Shown: positions 11,001 to 19,855, counted from the stretch's first letter. The stretch: 49,718 nt of DNA from Thermoplasmata archaeon (GCA_021828665.1 JAJZDH010000001.1:1-49718); one strand, 5' to 3'. Translations and numbers: made by a program. Notes: generated by a model from the letters alone, not told the origin.

Positions 11001-11807
11001 CGAGCTGTAGACTCCCCCCGGTAGCTGGGTCTGGACGATGGTGAAGGTCATGAGCACCGAACTCCCCGCGGAGAGCCAGCCGAGCTGACCTTGGTAGGTG
11101 CCGAACAGATCGGTCGCGAGCGTCGATTGGGTGGTCGCCTGCAGCGACGGTTCGCCGGTGATGGAAGCGAAGGCGAGGGTCGTGATGCCGGAGCTGGAAT
11201 TGTACTGGACGGAAGAGACCTTGTCCTTGATGTAGACCGTGTCGCCCACCGACACGCCCTTCGTCAGGCGGACCACGTGGACCGCGGGATTCGCGTTCCA
11301 CATCTGGGCGCCCGAATCGGTCAGGAACTGGGAGGCCGTCTGCGTCCCGGTCGAATACGGCTGCCCGGCGATCTCGGAGTAGAAGGTGAAGCTGAGGGCG
11401 GCCCCCACGATGACCAGAAGAAGTCCCGCGATGGCGAGCGACACCCAGATGCGCCGACCGCTCTGGCCCTTGGCCGGAATCCCGACGCCGCTCCGTTTGG
11501 CGGGTGGGAGACGAACCTGAGCCACGGGGGCCCGAGCCGACGGGGTGGGTTTGATGGCGGTCCCGGGGCTCTTCGCCGAGGGCTGGATTCCCGTGGACGG
11601 CTTCGCCACGGTGCCGGAGGGGGCGGCCCGCGGAGCGGCACCGGGGGAGCCGGTCCCGGCCGGGGCGCTCGCCGGCCGGGCAGGGGCCGGAGCGGCGGGT
11701 CGGGCGGGCACCGGTGCCGGAGCCCCCGGTCCCGATACGGGTGTACCGGCCACAGGGCTGGGCGCGGCCGACGTGTTCTTCTTCTGGGGATTCGCTTCTC
11801 CGCTCAT
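8094..11807 (-). CDS. Polytopic membrane-bound AAA+ ATPase with two Cdc48/VCP-like AAA domains (~1237 aa)
   Basis: ATG 11807 (MSGEANPQ) is preceded by GGAGGAG. Pro/Ala-rich N-tail, TM, ~150-aa soluble loop, about 10 further hydrophobic segments. Two Walker A motifs GPPGCGKT, Walker B ILFMDEID and IVFFDEID, SRH DPALMRPGRLD and DPALLRPGRFD. Confidence 0.92.
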   Translation of the reverse strand: MSGEANPQKKNTSAAPSPVAGTPVSGPGAPAPVPARPAAPAPARPASAPAGTGSPGAAPRAAPSGTVAKPSTGIQPSAKSPGTAIKPTPSARAPVAQVRLPPAKRSGVGIPAKGQSGRRIWVSLAIAGLLLVIVGAALSFTFYSEIAGQPYSTGTQTASQFLTDSGAQMWNANPAVHVVRLTKGVSVGDTVYIKDKVSSVQYNSSSGITTLAFASITGEPSLQATTQSTLATDLFGTYQGQLGWLSAGSSVLMTFTIVQTQLPGGVYSSVSYLTLDAAADATHAAISQGGPTGASAVAIGGQYIQPVPNWQYDGLFLFLIILGILCLIGAFVFASPLEKWVRQQTKDPRNLVVGLLGATAAFAGFMFPFYPWPYVILIVGAVMAIAWKYPQLALLVLTLLVVPEVAYQSGALGLVFLFAVLPVLYAGLVDWRFAFGTLLTLFLAPVGLSFAVPIFMALIFSLYLGLAVAVAGGLLISLFVTLGNLPIFGYLVGPGGNGSRTLVSGHAAALLPTLPIPYFTLNSIGSAYANLLFPNFQVLVQGSGGFGELAIPMAQIGAWVFAAWIVTVAFKERERQTERNLFQSGAIAGAVLAGVTLVGMVAFNYTSLWMIGALLFIPAMITCVAGGLVLKDVFESYFTSRLGATSVGSRVAEMKGLQKTTFEMVGGLHDVKADIKESMIIPLMRKDVTTRFKLEPPKGILLFGPPGCGKTMLMKALASELGVEMISIKCSDLMSKWYGESENRVADLLRTARERSPCILFMDEIDAVAKRRDMYTADDVTPRILSILLSEMDGIDKSAGVIVIGSTNKPDMIDPALMRPGRLDKIIYVPPPDFNERMEIIHVHLSGRPVAGDIDLSEIAKKTERFSGADLANLVREAATIAVRRSMMTKADSVITMDDFNQVMPRIKPSISLRMITDYETMKLDYERKMHQTQRMERKIVVHWDDVGGLTDIKQAIREYVELPLTRPELMESYKIKSGRGILLFGPPGCGKTHIMRAAANELNVPMQIVNGPELVSALAGQSEAAVRDVLYRARENAPSIVFFDEIDALASKESMRTPEVSRAVSQFLTEMDGLRPKDKVIIIATTNRPQTLDPALLRPGRFDKIFYVPPPDVAARQDIFRIHLKGVPVDGSVDFGDLSRRSDGFSGADIANCVDEAKLIALREQLVTEVSASPAGGVGGLFGKGAVKVGAKEPKSEVVGIRMSNLLAAVGKTKSSITPETLAWAEEFIRTYGTRG

Positions 11808-11832
11808 CGCTCTTCGTTCTCCTCCGTTTCTT

Positions 11833-13656
11833 CTAAAGCGTAATTCGCCGTTGCTCTTCCTCGGCCTTCTTTCGGCGCTCTCGGAACCAGGGCCACACAA
11901 AGGCGAGGGCGATCACCGCCGCGCCGAGCCCCAGCACCGATCCGACCGGTACCGTGGGGATCGAGGAGACGGTCGTCTCGGAAACTGGGCCCGATGCCAC
12001 GTAGAACAGGACCGTGAACGGCGTGGAATTCGTGAGAATGACCGTGGTGGTGTAGCTCCGTCCGAACGCCGTGATTCCCAGCTGATACGCCCCGTACCCC
12101 AGCGCGAGGGTCTGGAGATCGGAGCCGTGGGGAATGACCGGGACGACAAACCCGAGCGGCGTCCCATCTCCCGTCTCGCTCCAGGAGGCGTTCGAAAGGG
12201 TGAAATTGAGGCCGGCCACGAGGCCGGTCCCGGCGATATCCAGCGCCTCCACATAGAAGACCTCGCGATCGGTGGGATAGGGGGTGGACGGGAAGCGGCC
12301 CGTGGAATAGGTGTAGTTTCGCGAGAAGACGGGGGTGCCGAAGATGTCCTTCGCACTCACAAAGAACGTGACCGAACTCTCCGGAGGCAACCCCGGGATG
12401 TTCGCGAACGACGAATTGGGGCTCGTCGGCGTCATCGGAAGGACTCCGGAGTGGGTGGCCTCTCCGTTCGCGAAGACGAAGTTCACCTGGGCCGATCCGA
12501 TCGTGATGTTCGGCTGCGGCTCGTGGATGGTGACATTCACGGCCGTCCCCACGCCCACGATTCCGTTCGCGGGCGGCAGGACATTGGGGTTGGTCGCGAG
12601 GATCAGATTCGAGAGCAGCCCCTGGTTCGGAAACTTCCAGCCACCATGGATGGACCAATTGAAGGTGTACTGCGGGCTGTAGAGGCGGTCGATGGCACCC
12701 CCTTCCCAGGGCAACCAGGCCGTTACGTTGAAACTCACGGTGGAATTGGGGTAGGGACCGATCGGTTGAAGGAGTTGGACCGTGGTGTGGTTCGCGGGCG
12801 CGAAGGCGGCCGTCCGGGTCGTGCTGGATCCCGACTGGTTCACCGAATAGGTGAGCTGGGCGGCGGGGATGGTGCCCACAAGTAGCCCTGGAGGGGCGAG
12901 AGCGTTGAGCGTGATCTGCAATCCCTGATCTGGATTCGGAGCGAAGCTCGGCGAGGCCAGGGCGGGAGGGTTCGTCGACAGTTGAATGCTGTTCGAGAAG
13001 TTCTCGGAACTCCACGGGCCCTGGACAAAGAACAGCCAGCTCGCGGTCAGCCCCGGCCCATCCGGATACGAGTACGGATTGGTAGAATAGATCACCGCGG
13101 GAGTCGCTCCGAGGCCGGTCAGCGTGAGGTTGAAGAGCACCGTATCTCCGGGCCAGAAGAAGCGGTAATCGTTGAAGAAGAAGGAGGCCTGGTTCGGGGA
13201 GCTGGAATTGACCAGCATCTGCTCCGTCCGGGGGTTCTGGGGAGAGTAGCTCGGAATGGGCGTCTGACGGTTCTGGACCGGCCATTCCGTCCCCCAGATC
13301 GTGACGTTGGCGTAGATGAGCGGTTTGTCCGTCGAGATGTTCATCCAAAACCCGTTGGCGTACTCGGGAACATCGTTGATCACCGGCTCGGTAGTGAATT
13401 GCGTCCCGAACGAAGGACTTCCGCCGGGAAGCGCGAACGTAACCTGCACGTCATGGGAGAAGTTCGAACTCCCCCAGAGCGGGGCCGGAGAGGCCGCGAT
13501 GGAGGCTCCACGGGGGACCCCCGCGGAGAAGGCGGGACGAGGCGGTTCCCGAGCGGATCCACCGACGGAGATTCCGCCAAGGAGCGCCGTCCCGCTGAGG
13601 ACCATGACGAGAGCCACCGCGACCGCGAGAACCGGACGTTCCGACAGGATCCTCAT
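11833..13656 (-). CDS. Membrane-anchored surface protein with Ig-like beta domains, paralogue of 13653-15731 (~607 aa)
   Basis: ATG 13656 (MRILSERPVLAVAVALVMVL signal peptide) overlaps the upstream stop (ATGA). Many NxS/T sequons. C-terminal TM followed by RERRKKAEEEQRRITL*. Confidence 0.82.
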   Translation of the reverse strand: MRILSERPVLAVAVALVMVLSGTALLGGISVGGSAREPPRPAFSAGVPRGASIAASPAPLWGSSNFSHDVQVTFALPGGSPSFGTQFTTEPVINDVPEYANGFWMNISTDKPLIYANVTIWGTEWPVQNRQTPIPSYSPQNPRTEQMLVNSSSPNQASFFFNDYRFFWPGDTVLFNLTLTGLGATPAVIYSTNPYSYPDGPGLTASWLFFVQGPWSSENFSNSIQLSTNPPALASPSFAPNPDQGLQITLNALAPPGLLVGTIPAAQLTYSVNQSGSSTTRTAAFAPANHTTVQLLQPIGPYPNSTVSFNVTAWLPWEGGAIDRLYSPQYTFNWSIHGGWKFPNQGLLSNLILATNPNVLPPANGIVGVGTAVNVTIHEPQPNITIGSAQVNFVFANGEATHSGVLPMTPTSPNSSFANIPGLPPESSVTFFVSAKDIFGTPVFSRNYTYSTGRFPSTPYPTDREVFYVEALDIAGTGLVAGLNFTLSNASWSETGDGTPLGFVVPVIPHGSDLQTLALGYGAYQLGITAFGRSYTTTVILTNSTPFTVLFYVASGPVSETTVSSIPTVPVGSVLGLGAAVIALAFVWPWFRERRKKAEEEQRRITL

Positions 13657-15731
13657 AGGGTCACCCGCTTCTCCTGCTCCTTCCGACGTTCCGAAATGGC
13701 CCGCCACCACCAGACAATGGGGATCATCGCGCCCAAGGCGACGAGCAATCCCAGGGTCGGCCCGATCAGCACCGGAACGACCAACGGCGCGGGCGAGAAG
13801 GTTGCGGCCGGAGCCGTGGAATTGAGCCAAAAGAACAATTGATTCCCCGATTGCACAATCGTGTAATCGTTGGTCTGGGCCAGTGTCCCTTGGGCGACCA
13901 TCGGATTGGTCAGCTTCAGGAGAATCGAGATGGGAGGGCTCGCCTGGGAGGTTCCCGACGGCACGAAGGCTGCATCGGTGACGGTGATGTTGTAGGTAAT
14001 ATTGGCGGGGAGCAGCAGAGGGACTTCCGGGGACGCCGAGGAGTTGGGATAGGCGATCCCGTACAGGGTGCGGGCCCGAACATTGATGAATCCGCCGGAA
14101 GCCACGATGCTCACCGACGCCCCGCTCACCCAGGAATGGGTCCCGTTGTCGTAGACATAGATCCACACGAAGGCCAGATTCGATGCTTGCGCGGGGACCA
14201 CCTGCTGGAAGGTCTGGATACTGTAGCCGTACAGCGAGGACGTCTCCGGGGTGGACGCATAATCCCATACAGTTATGGTGAAATTGATGTACGAACCAAT
14301 GGGGATGGCCGGCAATACACCCTCCAGGTGCGTTGAATTGACTCGTTGCAAATAGAATTGACCGCCCACCTCTTCCTTGAGCGCCGGGAGGCTAAAGGAG
14401 TACTGAATGATGCCACTCCGGAGAGCGGTCCCCAGGTTCCGGCTGGCCACCAGCACCGAGACCGCGGTTCCGGGCGGAAGAACGACCGGATTGGTCACAG
14501 GGGGTTTCGGCATCGGACCGATCGTAGGGGGAATCCCGTTGCTGGGGGTCACCGTCACGGCGATGTCGTCCTGGAAGACCCCGGAAACGAAGGTGCCGTT
14601 CGAATGAACATAATATCCCTGCGTGGGGAGCGTGATCTGGTCCGGGGTGTACTTGGTCGTATCCACCGCGTCGTTGGCCACGATCGAGTAGGAAATGATG
14701 GTCCCCGGAATCTGCGCGTAGCTCGACGGAATGATCGCATACGTGGACGCGAGCCCATGAACTCCGACGCCCGGGGCCAGGAAGGGAATGGTCACATTTG
14801 GCAATGTGACCCCGTCCGGCAACGTCGCGTACAGATTCAACAGAGCACTTCCGATCGTGGCCGAATTGTTATCGACGTTGTCGGCGGCCGTGGTTCGAAT
14901 CGTGATGTTCGTCGAGTCATTCCAATTGGGAGTAATGGGGTTCTGGAAGACCTGGAGATCGAGCGTGGAGGCGTTCGGCCCCCCATACTGAGCGGCCTGC
15001 GGGTAGGGCGAAAACGCCCACGCGGTGGCGATGCGGTAGTGGAAGACGGGGCTCGACAGATGGGTGTAGACACCGGAGGGCTGCCGGGTCACGATATAGA
15101 TCGACCAGGAGACATACTCCCCCGGGAAGAAATTCGGAACCCCGGAGCTGTTCCCGTCAATGACGAGCTGATACCAATACTTGTACGTCCGGTTCGTCAC
15201 CCCCGACACCGAGCTCCAATAGTTGGAATTCGTGTTGGAATGCCAGATCGTCCCGTCGTAGGCATTCATGTACGGATCGCCGTTCCAAAGAACTCCGGAG
15301 ACGTTGATCCGAAGCGGCGTCTTGTTGCTGTTCCCGGTGGGAGAGGGGGGATTGATCGTCGTGAGGGGGTATTCGCTCTTGACATAGAATGAGATCGTGG
15401 CGTTGGGTAGGGGCAGCGTATTGGATGTCAGGTTGCCAGGGGTAGGGACCACGTTGTAGGATCCATTCTTGGCGGAAACGCAGATGGTGGTGTTGATCTT
15501 GAAGCAGGTGTAGTTGTCGGTGGGGTCGAGGGGACGCAGGGAAGTTTGGGGGCGAGCGTGGGACGAGGCCGCCGGCGTCGGGGAAGGAACGGCCGACGGC
15601 GCCCCCAACGAGCCGACCGCTCCCGGAAGGAGACCGGACGCTATCAGCGACAGAAGGACCAGAAGGATGGGAACGGCTCTCACCAAGTTCGAAACGTGCG
15701 GCCGGCTCACTGGATCAAAACTTTCCTTCAT
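13653..15731 (-). CDS. Membrane-anchored surface protein with Ig-like beta domains, paralogue of 11833-13656 (~692 aa)
   Basis: Likely ATG 15731 (MKESFDP...VPILLVLLSLIASGLL). Many NxS/T sequons. C-terminal TM followed by SERRKEQEKRVTL*. The exact start is uncertain. Confidence 0.8.
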   Translation of the reverse strand: MKESFDPVSRPHVSNLVRAVPILLVLLSLIASGLLPGAVGSLGAPSAVPSPTPAASSHARPQTSLRPLDPTDNYTCFKINTTICVSAKNGSYNVVPTPGNLTSNTLPLPNATISFYVKSEYPLTTINPPSPTGNSNKTPLRINVSGVLWNGDPYMNAYDGTIWHSNTNSNYWSSVSGVTNRTYKYWYQLVIDGNSSGVPNFFPGEYVSWSIYIVTRQPSGVYTHLSSPVFHYRIATAWAFSPYPQAAQYGGPNASTLDLQVFQNPITPNWNDSTNITIRTTAADNVDNNSATIGSALLNLYATLPDGVTLPNVTIPFLAPGVGVHGLASTYAIIPSSYAQIPGTIISYSIVANDAVDTTKYTPDQITLPTQGYYVHSNGTFVSGVFQDDIAVTVTPSNGIPPTIGPMPKPPVTNPVVLPPGTAVSVLVASRNLGTALRSGIIQYSFSLPALKEEVGGQFYLQRVNSTHLEGVLPAIPIGSYINFTITVWDYASTPETSSLYGYSIQTFQQVVPAQASNLAFVWIYVYDNGTHSWVSGASVSIVASGGFINVRARTLYGIAYPNSSASPEVPLLLPANITYNITVTDAAFVPSGTSQASPPISILLKLTNPMVAQGTLAQTNDYTIVQSGNQLFFWLNSTAPAATFSPAPLVVPVLIGPTLGLLVALGAMIPIVWWWRAISERRKEQEKRVTL

Positions 15732-15838
15732 ATCTACCGTTTCCCCGGTGACGTGGTTGGACTGCTGTCTCGCAGAAGGTCGTGGGTGATGGGCCGCTAG
15801 TCGCCTCAAGGGTTCCGTCGTGGGGGGACGCTTGGGGG

Positions 15839-15846
15839 GTTATAGA
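15839..15846 (-). promoter_or_regulatory. Candidate TATA box for the 15731->308 operon
   Basis: Minus strand reads GAAGTCTATAACC, the most AT-rich island near this start in the GC-rich intergenic region, ~110 nt upstream of ATG 15731. Confidence 0.4.
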
Positions 15847-16374
15847 CTTCTAGCCCTCGGGCTCGGGAGGATTGGCGGCGGTTGAGTTCCGGCGCCGCCT
15901 CTCCCGGGCCTGCTGGATCTCGAGTGAGGCGCGTGGAGGATCCCCCCACCTTCGGGCCCCAGGTGGAGGCCGATCTATCGAATCCCACGGCGAGCTCCTG
16001 GCCGGGGCCGGCCACGTCCCCCGACCTTGCCATGGAATCGACCGGGCCGGCCGCTATCGGCCCTCTCCCGGGAACCTACGGCGGGAAGGGAGTCCGCCCG
16101 ACCCGGCGCCTCGAGGACGCCCCCCGATTCCGACGCCGTCCATGGAATCTCGCCGCCTTCCGGAGGGAGCGAACGAGTTCCCGGGGATCCCGCGTGAAGC
16201 TTCTCCCGCTCCCTTTCCGCGGTCCCGTCCGGAGCTCCAGCGGTCCCCCCGGGACCGCTTGCCGGGCGGGTGGCCCGGCAGAGGGGCCCGTCTTCCCCGA
16301 TGGGAACCGGACCCACGACCCCGCGGGGAGGGGGAGCCCCGAGGGGGTCCGTCGGTCGGGGTGGCATGGTCGGC

Positions 16375-19300
16375 TCAGCGCTCCGGGGAATCCCGGGAGG
16401 GGGCGGACGGCCGGCGTAGCAGGACCACCGTGGCGATCGCGGCGCCGACGACGACCAGGAGCGCGATCAGCAGGTATCCGGTATCTCCGGTGAAACCGAG
16501 GAACCCGGGAACCTCCGTCGTGCCGGCCGGCTGGAAGGCGATCGACACGGTCACCGACTGGTTCCGGACGGAGAAGGAGCCGGTACGGGAAGCGGGGAGG
16601 AACCCGGGGACCGGGGAGATCTCGAACGAATACTGACCCGCCGTCTCCTCGAAGCGGACGGTCGTCCCGTTCGAAGTCGACGTGGAGGCGTTGGGTCCAC
16701 CCAGTACAGTGACCGACCAGGACTGACCGCTCGGAAGACCCACCTCGGCGAACGTCACCTCGAAATCGGCCGGGACGAAGGAGATGGTCTCCTCCTCTCC
16801 GGCGCCGGCCACGGAGAACTGGCCGTCGCGGGGGGACGCGTTGAACTCCGAGGGCCCCTCCACGACGAAGGAGTACGATCCGTTCGGTTCGGGAACGGTG
16901 AACTGGGATTCCTCGGCCGTGTGGTTGGACCCGTTCACCCGCACGGTCCAGTTCGTTCCGGACGGGAGTCCCGTCTCGCGGAAGGTGATCGGATACGCGA
17001 AGGGGGAGAAGAGGAGAGCCTTCGTGACGGGCGCATTCGCCACGGAGAAGGTCCCGGCCCGCGGCTCGGACGTGTACCCGGAGGGAGGGGAGATCGAAAA
17101 GGAGTAATTGCCGTCGGCGAGCCCGAAGACGATGGAGGGACCCGGGCTGCTCTGCCGGGTGCCGTTGACGGAGACCGACCAGTTCGCGCCGGCCGGCAAC
17201 CCCGCCTCCGAGAACGTGACCGCGTACGTCCGGGGCGGGGTCGTCGCCGGACCCCGGTAGGCGTAGAGGACGCGGTACATCGGGTTGTTGAGGGCGAGCG
17301 TGGCGGAGAAATCGAGATAGAAGCTCGAGCTCGCCGGATACTGCCCTTCGAAGCAGCTGTTGCCGCAGACCGTCCCGTCGAGCGACCGGTTCGTCCGCCG
17401 CACCGAGCCGTTCCAGGGATCGAACAGGAACTGGGTCCCGTTCGTCCAGGCGGTAGGCCCGTAGGATTGACCGAGCACGTAGTCGGAGGTGCTCACGTAC
17501 CGCTGGATCTCGAGCAGTTGACCGGAGGGGCCGGCGGTCCCGTTGTAGTCGGTGGTGCGCCGTTCGCCCTGAGTCGAGAGGTCCCCGTTCGGGCCGAACG
17601 GGAGGACATAGCTATAGGCCATGCTTCCGGCCCAGTACCCGGCCGAGAAGGCGATGGCACCGATGGACGCGTTGTAGGCGAGGCCGTCGACCCAGTTGAA
17701 CACGATCCCGTGGTCCACCGCGACCGTCGCCACCGACGTGAAATGGATCTCTCCCGACGCATCCCAGAGCGCGTCGAGCTGCTCGACGAGGTCGCCCGAG
17801 TCGCCGTGGGCTTCGACATTGATGAGCGCCTCGCGCTGCGGAAGCCAGTAGGCGTTGTTCGCCTCGAAGCAGGTGGCGGAGGGCCCGAATCCGAAACCGA
17901 GGGTGCCGGCGAGCCAGCTCCGGTGGTCGGCGAGATTGAACGCCTCGATGCTGCAGTTGGAGGAGAGGACCAGGACGGTATTGTTGCCCACGTACTCCGG
18001 TTGCTGGTTCGTGGGATCGACCGCCGCGGAGGTGTTCCAGAGGAGCACCTGCCCGTCGGTGACGTTGACCAGCTCGAGCGTCACATCGGCGCCGGCGGGG
18101 CTCGTGGTGCCGAAGAAGAGGGCGCGGTCCCCCGCGAGGAAGAACTCGTTGTCGAGCATTCCGTTGAGGGGGGAGCCGTACCCGAACCGCTGGTAGAGCG
18201 GGATCACCGGTGCGATCGAGCGGAAGGACCCGTTGGGGATCGCGACGTACCCGAATTGGGAGGAGTTGTCCACATAGTAGACTCCGAACGGAACCCCGGA
18301 ACTGCTCGCGAGCGTGGGCACCTGGGTCGAGACGGTGCCGGTCCGGAAGTAGCCCGTGAGCGGATCGAATCCGGGCAGGTCGTAGGTCCGCTCCTGGTAG
18401 CCGAGGAGCGGGGGGGTGATCGCGTGCACGGGCGCCGACAGTCCGGAGCTCCCGTTCTCGTTCCACGCCGCGACCGCGAAGCAGTAGTCCGCGCTGGAGC
18501 CGAGGCCGCCGACCCGGTACGCCGACACGACCCCCGCCGAGATCGAGCGGACCGGTCCGCGGAGGGGGCAGCTCCCCGGGGAATACCAGACGGTGAGGTT
18601 CGTCACGGTGCCGGTCGGATTCGTCCAGGCCAGATCCACGGTCGATCGGGTGACGTTTCCCACGACGAGCCCCGTCGGCGCGGAAGGGGGCGTCGTGGGG
18701 GACGATCCGGAAACCGTGAACGATAGCGCCGTCCAGTACGTGGAGTACGGTAGGATCCACCACGGGTCGGGCACGCGGAAGGAACCGTCCACGTAGGCCC
18801 AGGAGGCGGCTCCGTTCATCCCGTCCGTCGCGCTCCCGGGAGGATTGGCCGGTCCCCCGGTGTAGTTCCAGGTTCCGTAGACGGTCCCGAAGCCGGTCGG
18901 TCGGGTGCTGGCGAAGACACTGATGAGGGTGTCGCCGGCGGCCGTTCCGCTCAGCGGATCGTAGGGCGAATCGCTCGAACCCTGGCTTCCCGGACCGACG
19001 AGACGGGGGATTGGTCCGATCGCGGCCGGGAACAACCACCACTCCACCATCAGGAACCCCGACGACGAGATGCTGACATTGACCCAGCCCGGCGCGCTGG
19101 CCCGGGTCGCGTTCGCCCACATCGCGAACATCGAGGGGGAACTGGTGACCCCCGGGGTGCCCGGGGTCATGGTCCGGTTGCGGAACCAAAAGATGGCGCC
19201 CGGGTCAAAGGAGGAAGAGACCACGCGGGGCCCGGAACTCTGGTAGTCGAACACCACGGCGACGAACGTGTCGCCCACGGAGAAGTTCATGCCCGTACAG

Positions 19301-19563
19301 TTGAGCCCTGCCGTCGAGGCGGTCATCGAGCAGGAACCGTTGAAGACCGGAGTGAGCGGGCCGCCCCCGCCGGCCGTGGCCGGTGTCGGGGGGAGCGCTC
19401 CCCGAATCCCCGGGGGAAGCGCGCCGGCAGGGCGGCTGTCGGTAGCGGGTGTGGGCAGGAGGAGCAACGCCCCCACGAGCGTCCACGCGGCGAGAGGGAC
19501 GAAGCGGCCTCGAGCCCGGGAGCGGAAGCCCCCCGCTACCACCGCACGAAACGAGAGCCGCAT
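16375..19563 (-). CDS. Surface protein: signal peptide, fibronectin type III domain, beta-rich core, three thermopsin-C-terminal-type repeats, C-terminal TM (~1062 aa)
   Basis: SD-like GGTGAGGTGA before ATG 19563. FN3 PSAPTGLVVGNVTRSTVDLAW...GLGSSADYCFAVAAWNENG. Repeats YAVTFSEAGLPAGANWSV, YPITFRETGLPSGTNWTV, FEVTFAEVGLPSGQSWSV. TM followed by RR. Confidence 0.85.
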   Translation of the reverse strand: MRLSFRAVVAGGFRSRARGRFVPLAAWTLVGALLLLPTPATDSRPAGALPPGIRGALPPTPATAGGGGPLTPVFNGSCSMTASTAGLNCTGMNFSVGDTFVAVVFDYQSSGPRVVSSSFDPGAIFWFRNRTMTPGTPGVTSSPSMFAMWANATRASAPGWVNVSISSSGFLMVEWWLFPAAIGPIPRLVGPGSQGSSDSPYDPLSGTAAGDTLISVFASTRPTGFGTVYGTWNYTGGPANPPGSATDGMNGAASWAYVDGSFRVPDPWWILPYSTYWTALSFTVSGSSPTTPPSAPTGLVVGNVTRSTVDLAWTNPTGTVTNLTVWYSPGSCPLRGPVRSISAGVVSAYRVGGLGSSADYCFAVAAWNENGSSGLSAPVHAITPPLLGYQERTYDLPGFDPLTGYFRTGTVSTQVPTLASSSGVPFGVYYVDNSSQFGYVAIPNGSFRSIAPVIPLYQRFGYGSPLNGMLDNEFFLAGDRALFFGTTSPAGADVTLELVNVTDGQVLLWNTSAAVDPTNQQPEYVGNNTVLVLSSNCSIEAFNLADHRSWLAGTLGFGFGPSATCFEANNAYWLPQREALINVEAHGDSGDLVEQLDALWDASGEIHFTSVATVAVDHGIVFNWVDGLAYNASIGAIAFSAGYWAGSMAYSYVLPFGPNGDLSTQGERRTTDYNGTAGPSGQLLEIQRYVSTSDYVLGQSYGPTAWTNGTQFLFDPWNGSVRRTNRSLDGTVCGNSCFEGQYPASSSFYLDFSATLALNNPMYRVLYAYRGPATTPPRTYAVTFSEAGLPAGANWSVSVNGTRQSSPGPSIVFGLADGNYSFSISPPSGYTSEPRAGTFSVANAPVTKALLFSPFAYPITFRETGLPSGTNWTVRVNGSNHTAEESQFTVPEPNGSYSFVVEGPSEFNASPRDGQFSVAGAGEEETISFVPADFEVTFAEVGLPSGQSWSVTVLGGPNASTSTSNGTTVRFEETAGQYSFEISPVPGFLPASRTGSFSVRNQSVTVSIAFQPAGTTEVPGFLGFTGDTGYLLIALLVVVGAAIATVVLLRRPSAPSRDSPER

Positions 19564-19798
19564 GGTCACCTCACCGCAGACGGCCGGCTCCTATCCCCGG
19601 CAGGGCATGTCGGGGGAGCGAACCCGGTTCGCTCGGGGACCCGGGAAGCTTCGTTCGCTGTGGATGCGGGCGGCAGGGTCCCGAACCTCGGTCCGAAGGA
19701 ACGACGAAAGGAGGGCCCCAGGGAATTCGCCGAGACGAATCCCCGCCCCGACCGCGGCCGACTTCCGAATCCTGCCGCCCGGGAGGCCCGGCCCCTGT

Positions 19799-19822
19799 CC
19801 GGGGCGCCCCCGGGCGCCCCGG
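19799..19822. terminator. Perfect GC inverted repeat just downstream of the 19856-22021 gene (possible terminator or stability hairpin)
   Basis: CCGGGGCGCCC-CC-GGGCGCCCCGG, 11-bp arms, ~34 nt past the stop codon. There is no U-tract and the region is very GC-rich. Confidence 0.3.
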
Positions 19823-19855
19823 TGCCGCCGGCGCCGCCGGGAGTCGACGACATGC

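Noticed and set aside
809..11024. Very long plus-strand ORFs (809-3691, 3760-7692, 7632-11024) and similar ones elsewhere (19268-21985, 40070-42277, 45445-48162)
   Set aside because: These are antisense shadows of real high-GC genes. They are Arg/Gly/Asp/His-rich, have no motifs, and fully overlap well-supported minus-strand CDSs.
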